NCBI GenBank assembly: GCA_046328335.1
Contig: JAXLWU010000003.1
Location: 130,216 to 194,215 of the forward strand
Length of the DNA stretch: 64,000 bases
Direction: 5' to 3'
DNA from: Thermomicrobiales bacterium
GTDB lineage: Bacteria; Chloroflexota; Chloroflexia; Thermomicrobiales; UBA6265
The notes beneath the pieces are model-generated. The model did no database searches. It was not told the origin of the DNA and worked only from the letters and a program-made list of their open reading frames with translations. The translations under genes and the position numbers were made by a program. Positions 9,970-19,381 of the stretch are shown piece after piece. Every line of letters starts with the position of its first letter. Position 1 is the stretch's first letter.

Positions 9970-10377
9970 GTGGAAACTCAGAGCCTGACGCTGCTCATCA
10001 GCGAAGTAATCGATCTAACGGGCGTGGCGATCATCGCGATTGGCGCCGCGCTGGGGATCGCGCTCTTCTTTCGCGATCTGCTCACCTCGGCCCCGACGAA
10101 TCAAGCATACAACCAGGTACGGACGTTCCTCGGACGGTCACTGCTCTTGGGCCTGGAGTTCCTGGTGGCAGGCGACATCATCAAGACGGTGGCAATCGAG
10201 CCGACGTTCGACAGTGTCATTGTCCTCGCCATCATCGTGCTCGTGCGGACGGTACTGAGCCTGAGCATCGATGTGGAAATCGATGGCCATTGGCCCTGGC
10301 AGGCGGCGCAGGTCGAAGCGAGCCGTTCGGTTTCGGCGGCGCTGATCGACAAGTCAAGCGACGGCAAGCCGGGGTAG
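9970..10377 (+). CDS. DUF1622 family membrane protein
   Basis: LLLGLEFLVAGDIIKTVAIEPTFDSV and flanking TM helices match DUF1622. I prefer the GTG at 9970, preceded by GGAGG, over the track start 9907, which would overlap the divergent gene. Confidence 0.6.
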   Translation: METQSLTLLISEVIDLTGVAIIAIGAALGIALFFRDLLTSAPTNQAYNQVRTFLGRSLLLGLEFLVAGDIIKTVAIEPTFDSVIVLAIIVLVRTVLSLSIDVEIDGHWPWQAAQVEASRSVSAALIDKSSDGKPG

Positions 10378-10382
10378 CAACT

Positions 10383-10404
10383 GGGGCGGCACTGTAGCCG
10401 CCCC
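10383..10404. terminator. GC-rich hairpin between convergent genes (candidate bidirectional terminator)
   Basis: GGGGCGGC-ACTGTA-GCCGCCCC is a perfect 8-bp stem lying between the stops of the DUF1622 gene and glnA. There is no clear U-tract. Confidence 0.45.
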
Positions 10405-10435
10405 GGTGCATGACGAGCCAGTTGACCCTGACGAG

Positions 10436-11818
10436 TTAGTAGATCTCGAGGTAGCGATCTCGCTCCCATTGCGAAACGTGGCGGCGGAAATCGTCCCACT
10501 CGCTCTGTTGCGCATCGGTCAGGCGCTCGAAGACGTGATCGCCCAGTGCTTCCCGGATTAGCGGATCGGCGCGCATTTCGGAGACGGCCTCCCCCAGCGT
10601 CGAGGGCAGGGTCGGAATATTGCGGCGGGTGAGATCCTCATCCGTGAAGTGATAGAGGTTCTCCTCGACCGGTTCCGGCAGCGATAGCTCACGCTGCATG
10701 CCATCCATACCCGCCGCCAACATCACGGCGAAGGCGAGGTACGGGTTGCAGGAGGGATCCGGGCAGCGCAGTTCGACGCGGGTAGCAGAGACATGGCCAC
10801 CGTGGATGGCGGGAACCCTGACCAGCGCCGAGCGGTTGGTGCGCGCCCAGGAGACATAGACTGGTGCCTCGAACCCGGGCACCAGGCGGCGATACGAGTT
10901 GACCAACGGCGAAAGGACACCGGACATACCGCGCGCGTGGGTCAGCAGACCAGCGATGAAGTGGCGGGCTTCCTTGGAAAGACCGTATGGATCATCCGTA
11001 TCGACGAAGGCGTTGCCCTTCTTGTCGAGGAAACCGAGGCTCATGTGGACGTGCATGCCGGAGCCGTTGATCCCCTCCAGCGGCTTCGGCATGAAGGTGG
11101 CGTGCAGACCGTGCTGCTGCGCGGTTGCCTTCAAGACCGACTTGAAGGTCGTGGCGCGGTCGGCGGTCTTGATCGCGTCGCCGTACTCGAAGTCGATCTC
11201 GTGCTGGCCGATGGCGACCTCGTGGTGACTGGCTTCGACGTCGATGCCCATTTCGCCAAGGGCTTTGACCATGTCCTTGCGGACGGTGTAGGCGAGGTCG
11301 GTGGAGTAATCGAAATAACCAGCGCGGTCGTGGGGCAGCGGCGCGATTTCGTCACCGATCTTCTGGAAGAGGAAGAACTCCAGTTCCGGACCGGTCTTGA
11401 ACGTGTAGCCCAGCTCCGCGAGCTTTTCGAGCTGGCGCAGCAGGACGCCGCGTGGATCACCCGGAAACGGGGTGCCATCGGGCCGGTGAACCCAGCAAAT
11501 GATGCGGGCCGTGGTGTGTTCGCCACGGGTCCACGGGATGACTGCATATGTCGACAGATCAGCCGTGAGAAACATGTCCGATTCGGCGATGCGGGTAAAC
11601 CCGGCGATTGACGAACCGTCAATCCACTGGCCGCCATCGATGACATGCTCGACGATCGAAGCGGGGATGGTCACGCTCTTGACATGACCCATAACATCCG
11701 TGAACTGGAGGTCGATAAACTCGACGCCGTCTTCCTTCACCCGGTTGAGGATCTCGGCCTTACTCGGGCTATCGCCGAGAATCTGCTCGAGCAACCTGGA
11801 ATCTTCAGCCACAGCCAT
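10436..11818 (-). CDS. glnA: Glutamine synthetase, type I
   Basis: 460 aa. VEFIDLQFTDVMGHVKSVTIP (beta-grasp domain), ..GSGMHVHMSL.., ..NRSALVRVP.. and other canonical GS-I motifs. ATG at 11818 with an AAGGAAAG RBS. Confidence 0.93.
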   Translation of the reverse strand: MAVAEDSRLLEQILGDSPSKAEILNRVKEDGVEFIDLQFTDVMGHVKSVTIPASIVEHVIDGGQWIDGSSIAGFTRIAESDMFLTADLSTYAVIPWTRGEHTTARIICWVHRPDGTPFPGDPRGVLLRQLEKLAELGYTFKTGPELEFFLFQKIGDEIAPLPHDRAGYFDYSTDLAYTVRKDMVKALGEMGIDVEASHHEVAIGQHEIDFEYGDAIKTADRATTFKSVLKATAQQHGLHATFMPKPLEGINGSGMHVHMSLGFLDKKGNAFVDTDDPYGLSKEARHFIAGLLTHARGMSGVLSPLVNSYRRLVPGFEAPVYVSWARTNRSALVRVPAIHGGHVSATRVELRCPDPSCNPYLAFAVMLAAGMDGMQRELSLPEPVEENLYHFTDEDLTRRNIPTLPSTLGEAVSEMRADPLIREALGDHVFERLTDAQQSEWDDFRRHVSQWERDRYLEIY

Positions 11819-11901
11819 CGTGTCGATCTTTCCTTGTCGTCTCGCCAGCCGTCACGGCATGGCGCATCCCTCGGGCGCGCCCCGCGCCCACCAATCTCAA
11901 G

Positions 11902-11930
11902 AGTCTAGAAATGGCGTGGGGTACTGTCAT
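11902..11930 (-). promoter_or_regulatory. Candidate sigma70-type promoter of glnA
   Basis: On the minus strand: ATGACA (11930..11925), 17 nt, TAGACT (11907..11902). This lies ~85 nt upstream of the glnA ATG. Confidence 0.4.
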
Positions 11931-11960
11931 CGTGCATTGTGTATGGCTTTACCCTCGGTT

Positions 11961-11973
11961 TTCGTGCAATTTG
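11961..11973. promoter_or_regulatory. Perfect palindrome GTGCAA-T-TTGCAC upstream of the glnA promoter (candidate operator)
   Basis: A 6-1-6 inverted repeat ~30 nt upstream of the candidate -35 element, in the glnA / Excalibur-gene divergent region. Confidence 0.3.
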
Positions 11974-12123
11974 CACAAGTCGCGGAGAACGAGGACGATG
12001 GCGAAACCTGAATGCCTCTCCCTTCGTACTCTGTTGCAGGGAGATAGACGGGGCGTGGGTGCCGACAGCGATGTTGCGCCTGTGCTGCTGATCGACTATG
12101 CGGAACACTCGTGGAGGACCGGG

Positions 12124-12609
12124 ATGGCGAAAAAACACGTGCTTCCTGTCATTGGCGCGGCCGCGCTGGGCCTGATGCTCTGCTTCAACAGTGTGGGAAG
12201 TGTCTGGGCGCAGACCGAGAATGCAACGGCCGAGGACGGCAATTCGTCTCCGGAGGCAACGGAGACACCCACCGTGCCGAATGTGCCGCTCGGGGCCAAT
12301 CTCACCCCACCGGTAGGCATCACGCCCCCCGGACCGGCGCTGATCACTCCGCCTGGCACTGGGCAGTCGGGGTCATCGACGGTCTCGATGGCGCCGGGTA
12401 CGCTCACCACCGGTACCGCGCATGAGGGAAGAAACGCGCGTCACGAACCGGAAGCGGCCCCTGACCCGGCGTCGGTGCCGACCTGTGGCGATTATCCAAC
12501 CTGGTACGACGCGCAACTCGCGCTGGAAGCGGCCGTCGATGACGCGACGAGAGCATCGCTCGATCCGGACGGCAACACCATCGCGTGTGAAGAGGTCATG
12601 TACCCCTAG
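12124..12609 (+). CDS. Secreted protein with C-terminal Excalibur calcium-binding domain
   Basis: Internal ATG at 12124 gives MAKKHVLPVIGAAALGLMLCFNSVGSVWAQ (signal peptide), then a Pro/Thr-rich linker. C-terminus CGDYPTWYDAQLALEAAVDDATRASLDPDGNTIACEE matches the Excalibur C..(DxDxDG)..C pattern. Confidence 0.65.
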   Translation: MAKKHVLPVIGAAALGLMLCFNSVGSVWAQTENATAEDGNSSPEATETPTVPNVPLGANLTPPVGITPPGPALITPPGTGQSGSSTVSMAPGTLTTGTAHEGRNARHEPEAAPDPASVPTCGDYPTWYDAQLALEAAVDDATRASLDPDGNTIACEEVMYP

Positions 12610-12649
12610 CGAACGATCTCGATTTGCTAGAAGGCCGTTACCTGGCGGT

Positions 12650-12687
12650 CCCGGCCGTTCCCAATCGGGGACGGCCGGGGTCGTTTC
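12650..12687 (+). terminator. Candidate intrinsic terminator
   Basis: CCCGGCCGTTCCC-AATC-GGGGACGGCCGGG (13-bp stem with one G.U pair) followed by GTCGTTTCC. It lies 40 nt after the Excalibur-gene stop. Confidence 0.5.
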
Positions 12688-12859
12688 CATGCCATGGCTA
12701 ACAAAGCGAATCACGCCGGCACGATTCGCATGCAGTCGCCAACTCACGTTCTTGGCTTGAATTCCGGCATCCCGCGAACCGTTCTTCCGCGCGTCGCCTC
12801 ATGCCGATATGATCCTATGCCGTGCATTGATTTCGGCCACAAGACACAAAGGGGCGGCT

Positions 12860-14020
12860 GTGAAGATCACGGGGGTGCATGGGTTTCCGGTCAAGGTGGG
12901 TTTTCGCAATCAATTCATCGTCGTCGTCGAGACCGACGAGGGGATCCGCGGTGTCGGGGAAGGGGGAATCTCCTGGCGGGAGCACGCGATGCTGGGAATG
13001 CTTCAGCACTACAGCCGCTTCCTGATCGGCGAGGACCCCCGCCGGATCGAGCATCTCTGGCAGACGATGTACCGCGGCGCCTACTTCGAGGGGGGCAAGA
13101 TCAGCGCGGCGACCATCTCCGCCATCGATATCGCGCTCTGGGACATTCTCGGCAAGTCGCTCGGCGTCCCGGTTTACCAGCTGCTTGGCGGCGCTTGCCG
13201 GGAACGGGTCCAGTGCTTCGCCACCCCGGGGCTGTTGATCGGGCCCGAGGTTGTCGAACAGGCGCGGGCGCTGAACGATGCGGGCTGGCGATATATGCGC
13301 TTCGTTCCTGGAATGCCGGGGGCGCATTGGGTCGGTCAGACTGGCGAAATCTACGAGCCGTTCGAATCGATCGACCTCGCGGTGCACTGGCTCGGGGAAC
13401 TGCGGCGCGAACTCGGCTCCGGCGTCGAACTATCGATCGATTTTCACCACCGGCTGTCGGTCGCGGAAGCCGCGATCTTCTGCCAGCGGGTGGAGCATTT
13501 GCATCTCCAGTTCGTCGAGGAACCGATCCGGGCCGAGAGCGCGGCGGCGTACCGGCAACTGCGCAGCATGACGCGGGTCCCTTTCGCCATTGGCGAGGAG
13601 TTCTCCAGCAAATGGGTCTTCGCGCCATTCATCGAGGAGGGACTGCTGAACTACGCTCGAATCGATGTCTCGAATATTGGCGGATTGACCGAGGCGAAAA
13701 AGGTCTCCGGCTGGTGCGAAGCGCATTACGTCGATGTGATGCCGCACAACCCACTGGGACCCGTGACCACCGCGGCAACTATCCATCTCGCGGCGAGTCT
13801 GCCCAACTTCGCCCAGATCGAATATCAGCACCGGGTAGCCGCCGATTTCCCGCCCGATCTGTTCCCGGTGATGCCCGCGCTGGAAGGAGATGGATTCCCG
13901 CTGCCGACGGCGCCTGGGCTAGGCGTGGAATTCAATGTCGACGCGGTCGCGGACCACGCTTACGAATGGAGCGAGGCGCCGCACTGGAAACGGCGGGACG
14001 GGAGTTATACGAACTGGTAG
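12860..14020 (+). CDS. Enolase-superfamily acid-sugar dehydratase (galactonate dehydratase-like, MR/MLE family)
   Basis: GTG at 12860 preceded by AAAGGGG. VKITGVHGFPVKVG..VVVETDEGIRGVGEGG..AISAIDIALWDILGKSLGVPVYQLLGG and metal-ligand regions (DFHHRL, EEP) are typical of the family. Confidence 0.8.
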   Translation: MKITGVHGFPVKVGFRNQFIVVVETDEGIRGVGEGGISWREHAMLGMLQHYSRFLIGEDPRRIEHLWQTMYRGAYFEGGKISAATISAIDIALWDILGKSLGVPVYQLLGGACRERVQCFATPGLLIGPEVVEQARALNDAGWRYMRFVPGMPGAHWVGQTGEIYEPFESIDLAVHWLGELRRELGSGVELSIDFHHRLSVAEAAIFCQRVEHLHLQFVEEPIRAESAAAYRQLRSMTRVPFAIGEEFSSKWVFAPFIEEGLLNYARIDVSNIGGLTEAKKVSGWCEAHYVDVMPHNPLGPVTTAATIHLAASLPNFAQIEYQHRVAADFPPDLFPVMPALEGDGFPLPTAPGLGVEFNVDAVADHAYEWSEAPHWKRRDGSYTNW

Positions 14021-14067
14021 GGATGGGGTCATTTGGCGAGAGCGGTGTGCCAACGGTGTGTCATCAC

Positions 14068-14141
14068 GAGCCGCCACGAGGAACTTCGGCGGTCATGATC
14101 GCTCGCTACCGCGCCGAGGTCCCTCCTGCGTCGGGACGACC
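14068..14141 (+). repeat. Repeat family A, degenerate copy (A1)
   Basis: GAGCCGCCACGAGGAACTTCGGCGG..CGCCGAGGTCCCTCCTGCGTCGGGACGACC aligns with the copies at 15656, 24309, 45284 and 54243 (minus). It sits in a convergent intergenic gap. Confidence 0.5.
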
Positions 14142-14279
14142 CCGATGGCGTTCGCCTGCACGACACCACTATTGCACGTCGCTGTAGCGGCAAGCGCGGG
14201 TGAAGAGTACGCGCTGTCGAACGTGACTTTGGCTCGGACAGCACTCCTCGATCAGCAAGAACCGTGGCAGGAAATGGCT

Positions 14280-15578
14280 TCACGGCCGCTGCATCGTTCC
14301 GTCCCGCAGGCGGACGGGCGGCCATGCGCCGTTGAGGGGATGCGTCGGAAATGGGAAGCGAGCGGCCAGCGCTTCATCGAGGTCGATGCCGAGACCGGGA
14401 AGGTCGTTAGCCCACATCATCCCGTTCCGAATTTCCGGCGATCCGGGAAACACGGCGCGGCAGACATCAGTGAAGAGATGCGCCTCCTGGATACCGAAAT
14501 TGGGCGACGCCAGATCGAGGTGCAGATTGGCGGCGTGCCCGACCGGCGAGACGTCGCCCGGGCCGTGCCAGGCGGTGCGAATCCCAAAGAACTCGCAGAG
14601 CGCGGCCAATTTCCGCGCGGGGGTGATGCCGCCGATCGCCGACAGATGGACGCGCAGAAAATCGATCAGGCGATTCTGGATCAACGGAAGAATCTCGTTC
14701 ACGTTGACGAAGAGTTCGCCCATCGCGATCGGGATCGCGCTCTGCTGCCGCAGTTGGCCGAAATAGCCGAGGTCTTCCGGCGCGAACGGGTCTTCCAGGA
14801 AAAAGAGACGATAGGGCTCCAGGGCTTTGGCCAAGCCGATTGCCGTGATCGGCGGCACTCTTTCGTGAATGTCGTGGAGCAGTTCGACCGAGTGGCCGAG
14901 CGCGTTCCGGAGATGCTCGAACAGGGACGGGATCGACGTGGCGTATGCCTCGGGATGCCAGGGATCCTGTCGCAATTGAAGATAAAGAGGAACTGGATCG
15001 TCGTCATGGCGGTCGATGCCGTACGTCGCGGTCCCCGGGATTTCGACCTGGCAGCGGATGAGGGTGAAGCCACGCTCCAGGAATGCGCGCGCCGCGTCTT
15101 CGACCTCCATTGCGTCGCGGCCCGACGCGTGGACATAGACCGTCGCGGCGGTGCGGCAGCGGCCTCCGAGGAGGTCGTACAGCGGCATCCCGGCGAGTTT
15201 GCCCTTGATATCCCAGAGCGCCATATCGATGCCGGACATGGCGTTGAAATGGATGGGCCCGCTGCGCCAGTAGCCACTGAGGGAAAGCATCGACCAGATG
15301 TCTTCGATGTCGTGGACGGCGCGGCCGATGACTTGCGGTTTGAGATAGTCGTCGATAGTGGCGGCAACCGCGAGCGGGCGTTGGGTGAAGGTGGCGCAGC
15401 CGAGTCCGTAGAGTCCGGGTTCGTCGGTCTCGATCTTCACCACCACCAGCCGGATACCTTCCGGGGCGGTCAGGATGACGCGGACATCCCGAATGCGCGG
15501 ACTCCGCGCGGAATCGTCGTCCCACGGGGGTGGGAGAAGCGGATGGGGAACAGCTGGAGAAGTTGTTGATCCGGTCAC
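14280..15578 (-). CDS. Enolase-superfamily D-mannonate dehydratase-like (ManD/RspA subgroup) protein
   Basis: 432 aa. IRDVRVILTAPEGIRLVVVKIETDEPGLYGLGCATFTQRP..MSGIDMALWDIKGKLAGMPLYDLLGG is characteristic of the ManD subgroup. The N-terminal ~25 aa and the start codon are uncertain. Confidence 0.8.
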   Translation of the reverse strand: MTGSTTSPAVPHPLLPPPWDDDSARSPRIRDVRVILTAPEGIRLVVVKIETDEPGLYGLGCATFTQRPLAVAATIDDYLKPQVIGRAVHDIEDIWSMLSLSGYWRSGPIHFNAMSGIDMALWDIKGKLAGMPLYDLLGGRCRTAATVYVHASGRDAMEVEDAARAFLERGFTLIRCQVEIPGTATYGIDRHDDDPVPLYLQLRQDPWHPEAYATSIPSLFEHLRNALGHSVELLHDIHERVPPITAIGLAKALEPYRLFFLEDPFAPEDLGYFGQLRQQSAIPIAMGELFVNVNEILPLIQNRLIDFLRVHLSAIGGITPARKLAALCEFFGIRTAWHGPGDVSPVGHAANLHLDLASPNFGIQEAHLFTDVCRAVFPGSPEIRNGMMWANDLPGLGIDLDEALAARFPFPTHPLNGAWPPVRLRDGTMQRP

Positions 15579-15655
15579 GGCGAACCCACGTTCAGGGATG
15601 CATCGCTATGCGGCGCGCGTATCGTCGCGATGACAAGGCGCGGTTCCCATAGAGG

Positions 15656-15723
15656 GTGAGGAACCTCGCGTTTCGTTATGGCCGATCTGAACGCCGAGGT
15701 TCCTCGTTCCTCGGAACGACACC
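15656..15723 (+). repeat. Repeat family A copy (A2)
   Basis: GTGAGGAACCTCGCGTTTCG..ACGCCGAGGTTCCTCGTTCCTCGGAACGACACC. It contains the inverted repeat GAGGAACCTCG / CGAGGTTCCTC and the core hairpin TCGTTC-CTCG-GAACGA. Confidence 0.6.
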
Positions 15724-15765
15724 GGCTGCACCCATCGCTGTCAGTGGTTGCGAGAGCGACGCGCA

Positions 15766-16896
15766 TCAGTCGGGCAGCGGCGCGTCGCCGTATTTCGCCA
15801 CCGCATCGAGATTCAAGGTTATGCCGAGACCGGGGCGATCGGGAATAGCGAGCATGCCATCCGCGTCGAGTTGCCACGGTTCTGCCACGAGTTCATCGAC
15901 GTACGGCGAGCCGTCGATGTACTCGACGAGATTGGTATCAGGGAACGCCGAGGCGAGATGGAGATCGGCGGCGAGGCCGACAGCGGTATTCCACCCATGC
16001 GGAATGAAGCGGATGCTATGCTCCTGGGCCATCCAGCCAATGCGCCGTTCCTCGGAGATGCCGCCGACCTTGGTGACATCGGGCTGGACCACATCGAAGG
16101 CGCCGGCGCGTAGCCAGGGAACGAATGACTGGCGGCGGGTGAGGACCTCGCCGCCAGCGATAGGGACGCGGGACTGACGCCGCAGTTCGACGTAGTCTTC
16201 GAGCGCATCAGGGCGCAGCGCCTCCTCGAACCAGGCCACGTCGTAGTCAACGAGCATGTCGGCCGTGCGGAGCGCCCACTTGAGCCCATTCGGCCAGAAC
16301 CCATCGCTGCCGCCGGCATCGACCATCAGTACGCCGTTCTCGCCGACGTTCTCCACCGCGGCGCGGACGATCTCCTCGTCCAGTTCGTCGCGCACGCGGC
16401 CGAAGGGACCCCAGCCAATCTTCACGGCGCGAAATCCGCGCGCCACCACGGCCGCGACATGGTCAGCCATGATCCCCGGTTCGTCCATCAGGAGCGAGGC
16501 GTACGGGCGGACACGATCACGGTAACGACCGCCAAGCAGCCGGCCCACCGGCTGACCCGTGGCCTGACCGAGGATGTCCCAGAGGGCGATATCAATGCCG
16601 CTGATGGTGTGGGTGAGACTGCCGCCCCTTCCGAGCCAGAAGGTGTTCTGGTGCAGTTTCTCGCTGACGCGCTCCGGCTCGAGCGCGTCTTCACCGCGAT
16701 AGAGCGGCTCCATCACCGCGAGGGCGCCCCGTACGAGATCGGAACTGGTGAAAACGCTACCGACACCAGTGACGCCTTCATCGGTGCGGACGAAGACCAT
16801 GGTGTGGACGGTGCTTTCGGGCTGGAGTTCTTCGGTCCAGCCCCCCTTCGGGGTAGCCCCGCGCAGTCCGATCGCGTGGATATCACGAATCCTCAC
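15766..16896 (-). CDS. Mandelate racemase/muconate lactonizing enzyme family protein (enolase superfamily, specificity unknown)
   Basis: 376 aa with a GTG start. VFVRTDEGVTGVGSV..ISGIDIALWDILGQATGQPVGRLLGG..VMVDAGGS..WFEE are enolase-superfamily barrel motifs. Confidence 0.8.
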   Translation of the reverse strand: MRIRDIHAIGLRGATPKGGWTEELQPESTVHTMVFVRTDEGVTGVGSVFTSSDLVRGALAVMEPLYRGEDALEPERVSEKLHQNTFWLGRGGSLTHTISGIDIALWDILGQATGQPVGRLLGGRYRDRVRPYASLLMDEPGIMADHVAAVVARGFRAVKIGWGPFGRVRDELDEEIVRAAVENVGENGVLMVDAGGSDGFWPNGLKWALRTADMLVDYDVAWFEEALRPDALEDYVELRRQSRVPIAGGEVLTRRQSFVPWLRAGAFDVVQPDVTKVGGISEERRIGWMAQEHSIRFIPHGWNTAVGLAADLHLASAFPDTNLVEYIDGSPYVDELVAEPWQLDADGMLAIPDRPGLGITLNLDAVAKYGDAPLPD

Positions 16897-17016
16897 AGCA
16901 AACTCCGGGACGGTTGTGTTTCGCCGCCAATTCCGCGTTTCGATGGCTTCGCACGCTACTATAGCGATTCGGGGCAGAGAGTCCGGCGGTTGATCATGTT
17001 CCGGGAGTAGGTAGCA

Positions 17017-18204
17017 ATGAAATCACGGTCGACGTTGGCGCAGGGATTGCCGCGCTCGGGAATTCGCGAAGTCATGGATATGGCCCGGCAGATGGATGAC
17101 GTCATCGTCCTGGTCGTCGGCGAGCCGAGTTTCAACACCCCGAAGCACATCATCGAAGCCGCGGCCAACGCGGCACACCAGGGAACCACCAAGTACACGC
17201 CGAACTCCGGATTGCCCGGTATTCGCGCCGCGGTCGCGGAGCGCTACACCGAGCGCTTTGGGCGTCCCGTCACTCCGGCGGAAGTGCTCGTTACGGCGGG
17301 CGCGGTGAACGCGCTGGCGGCGCTGGTGGCCGCGATCGCTGAAGAGGGCGACGAAATCCTCGTCCCCGATCCGGGCTGGCCGAACTACATGTCGATGATC
17401 GGACTCGCGCGCGCGGAGCCGGTGCGGTATCCACTGCTGCCGGAGAACGGCTACCTGCCGCAAATCGCCGACATCGAAGCGCGAATCACGCCGCGCACAA
17501 AGGCGCTGATCATCAACAATCCTTCGAACCCGACCGGCGCCGTTTTCCCCGAGGAAACCGTGCGGGCGCTGGTCGAGGTTGCCCGCAAGCATGATCTCTG
17601 GCTGATTTCGGACGAGGTTTACGAGGATCTGATCTTTTCCGGCAAGCACGTTCCCGCGGCGAAGTTCGACGCGGAACGGGTGATCACCGTCTCCGGCGCC
17701 TCGAAGAGTTACGCCATGACCGGCTGGCGGATCGGCTGGGCGATCACCAATCCGGAGTTGGTGGCCCTGTGCGGCAAGATCCAGGAGGCGCTCGTCTCGT
17801 GCCCATCCGCGCCATCGCAGGCTGCCGCGGAGGCAGCGGTGCGGGGTCCGCAGGATGCGGTCGAGGAGATGCGGCAGGCGTATCAACGACGGCGCGATCT
17901 GGTCCGCGAGATTCTGGAACCGGTTGGTCTCCTGCCGACCATTCCCCAAGGCGCCTTCTACGCCATGGTCGATCTGCGAGGCGCGAAAATTCCGAGCCGG
18001 GAACTCTCGAAACTGCTGCTGGAAGAAGAACGCGTCGCGGCGGCGCCGGGTTCGACTTTCGGTGATGTGGCCGAAGGCATGGTGCGGATCTCGCTGGCAA
18101 CCGCTGACGAGGACCTCGCGGAGGGTTGCCGGCGAATCGTCCGCTTCGCGGAGCGACATGGCGCGCTGGCGCAGATGCCGGTTGGCGCCGGGATGGCCGG
18201 GTAG
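17017..18204 (+). CDS. Class I/II PLP-dependent aminotransferase (aspartate/aromatic aminotransferase-like)
   Basis: 395 aa. INNPSNPTGAVF and SGASKSYAMTGWRIGWA (PLP lysine motif). GGGAG RBS 9 nt upstream of the ATG. Confidence 0.85.
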   Translation: MKSRSTLAQGLPRSGIREVMDMARQMDDVIVLVVGEPSFNTPKHIIEAAANAAHQGTTKYTPNSGLPGIRAAVAERYTERFGRPVTPAEVLVTAGAVNALAALVAAIAEEGDEILVPDPGWPNYMSMIGLARAEPVRYPLLPENGYLPQIADIEARITPRTKALIINNPSNPTGAVFPEETVRALVEVARKHDLWLISDEVYEDLIFSGKHVPAAKFDAERVITVSGASKSYAMTGWRIGWAITNPELVALCGKIQEALVSCPSAPSQAAAEAAVRGPQDAVEEMRQAYQRRRDLVREILEPVGLLPTIPQGAFYAMVDLRGAKIPSRELSKLLLEEERVAAAPGSTFGDVAEGMVRISLATADEDLAEGCRRIVRFAERHGALAQMPVGAGMAG

Positions 18205-18255
18205 CGGCGAGCGCAACCCAGTGAGGCGGTTCATGGTGAGGTGGGGAGGGAACTC

Positions 18256-19146
18256 GTGATTCTGCTCACGTTCGACGATGGTGGGGCACTTAGACTCGGC
18301 GTCCTGACACATCGAGGTGTCATCGATGCCGCCGCTGCTGCTGCGCTCGGGGTCGATGGCGTGCCAGGTTCGATGGACGACGCCATTGCCAGCGGCGCTG
18401 GCGCGGTCGAGGCATTGCAGCGACTGGCCGATCATGCTGGCGAATATGGTGAACTCAACGCGCCATGGCTGCGCGATGAGTCGTCATTGAAACTGGGGCC
18501 GGCGGTTCCCGCTCCAGGCAAGATCATTTGCGTCGGGCTCAACTATCGCAAGCACGCCGAGGAGTCCGGCGCGGCCATTCCCAAGACGCCGGTGCTCTTT
18601 TCCAAGTTCACCAATACGATCGCCGCCCACGGTGACGATGTGCCGCTCGCGGACGTCGCGGTCGAGTACGACTACGAAGTGGAACTGGCAATCGTCATTG
18701 GCAAGAGGGCGAAGGGCGTTTCAGAGACCGATGCGCTCGGGACGGTCTTTGGCTACTCCACGGCAAATGACATCAGCGCCCGCGATCTGCAAATGCGCAC
18801 GAGCCAGTGGTTGCTGGGGAAGACCCTGGAACGGTTCCTGCCGATTGGCCCATATCTCGTCACCGCCGATGCGGTGCCGAACCCGCAGGCGTTGGCGCTG
18901 AAGACATGGCTGAACGGTGAACTTCGGCAGAACTCCAACACCGCCGACATGATCTTCTCCTGCGCCGAGATCATCGCCTATGTGAGCAAGCACATTGCGC
19001 TGGAACCGGGTGACGTGATCATCACCGGCACGCCGGAAGGCGTGATCATGGGAACCGCCGAGAAGAGGTGGATGGTGCCCGGGGATGTGGTCGAGGTCGA
19101 GGTCGAAGGACTCGGCAAACTCCGCAATCGCATGGTCAAGGGATAG
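18256..19146 (+). CDS. Fumarylacetoacetate hydrolase (FAH) family protein
   Basis: KIICVGLNYRKHAEE..YEVELAIVIGK..DISARDLQ..GKTLERFLPIGP..GDVIITGTPEGV are canonical FAH-fold motifs. I prefer the GTG at 18256 (GGGGAGGG RBS) over the track start 18241. Confidence 0.85.
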   Translation: MILLTFDDGGALRLGVLTHRGVIDAAAAAALGVDGVPGSMDDAIASGAGAVEALQRLADHAGEYGELNAPWLRDESSLKLGPAVPAPGKIICVGLNYRKHAEESGAAIPKTPVLFSKFTNTIAAHGDDVPLADVAVEYDYEVELAIVIGKRAKGVSETDALGTVFGYSTANDISARDLQMRTSQWLLGKTLERFLPIGPYLVTADAVPNPQALALKTWLNGELRQNSNTADMIFSCAEIIAYVSKHIALEPGDVIITGTPEGVIMGTAEKRWMVPGDVVEVEVEGLGKLRNRMVKG

Positions 19147-19183
19147 CATTTCCTTCCATCGGCGCAATTCAAACATTCGCGTT

Positions 19184-19209
19184 CGAGGACGACCGCAAGG
19201 CCGTCCTCG
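19184..19209 (+). terminator. Candidate terminator hairpin after the FAH gene
   Basis: CGAGGACGACC-GCAA-GGCCGTCCTCG (10 of 11 bp paired), 38 nt after the stop. The U-tract is weak. Confidence 0.35.
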
Positions 19210-19381
19210 TTGCTGCTGCCTGCGACGTCGCATGAGCAGGCGACGTTCGGACGTCGAGGGGCCGCTGCTTTGGCTCTTGCCGGGGAGCGCGATCGGTGCG
19301 ACGCTACCGAAATGGCGTTCAGCGAAGCGTTTGTCGGGGGGCGTCTTGCGGGCGGCCACCGGCTTGGGAAAGGTGCGGACA

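Noticed and set aside
11819-11960. Glutamine riboswitch (glnA RNA motif) in the glnA leader.
   Set aside because: I could not recognise the conserved glnA-motif core. Only a simple GC hairpin is present, and that motif class is known mainly from cyanobacteria and marine metagenomes.
12694-15569. Long ORFs 12694..14187 (497 aa) and 13935..15569 (544 aa).
   Set aside because: They are out of frame or antisense to the enolase-superfamily genes and consist of Arg/Gly/Pro-rich low-information sequence. The overlapping frames carry strong family motifs.
17023-18435. 470-aa minus-strand ORF, and similar long antisense ORFs (3256..4599, 40311..41639, 46754..47584, 49379..50218).
   Set aside because: All of them lie opposite genes with unambiguous domain signatures (aminotransferase, SMC, ABC components, CocE/NonD, CitE). 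They are typical stop-codon-poor antisense frames of GC-rich DNA.
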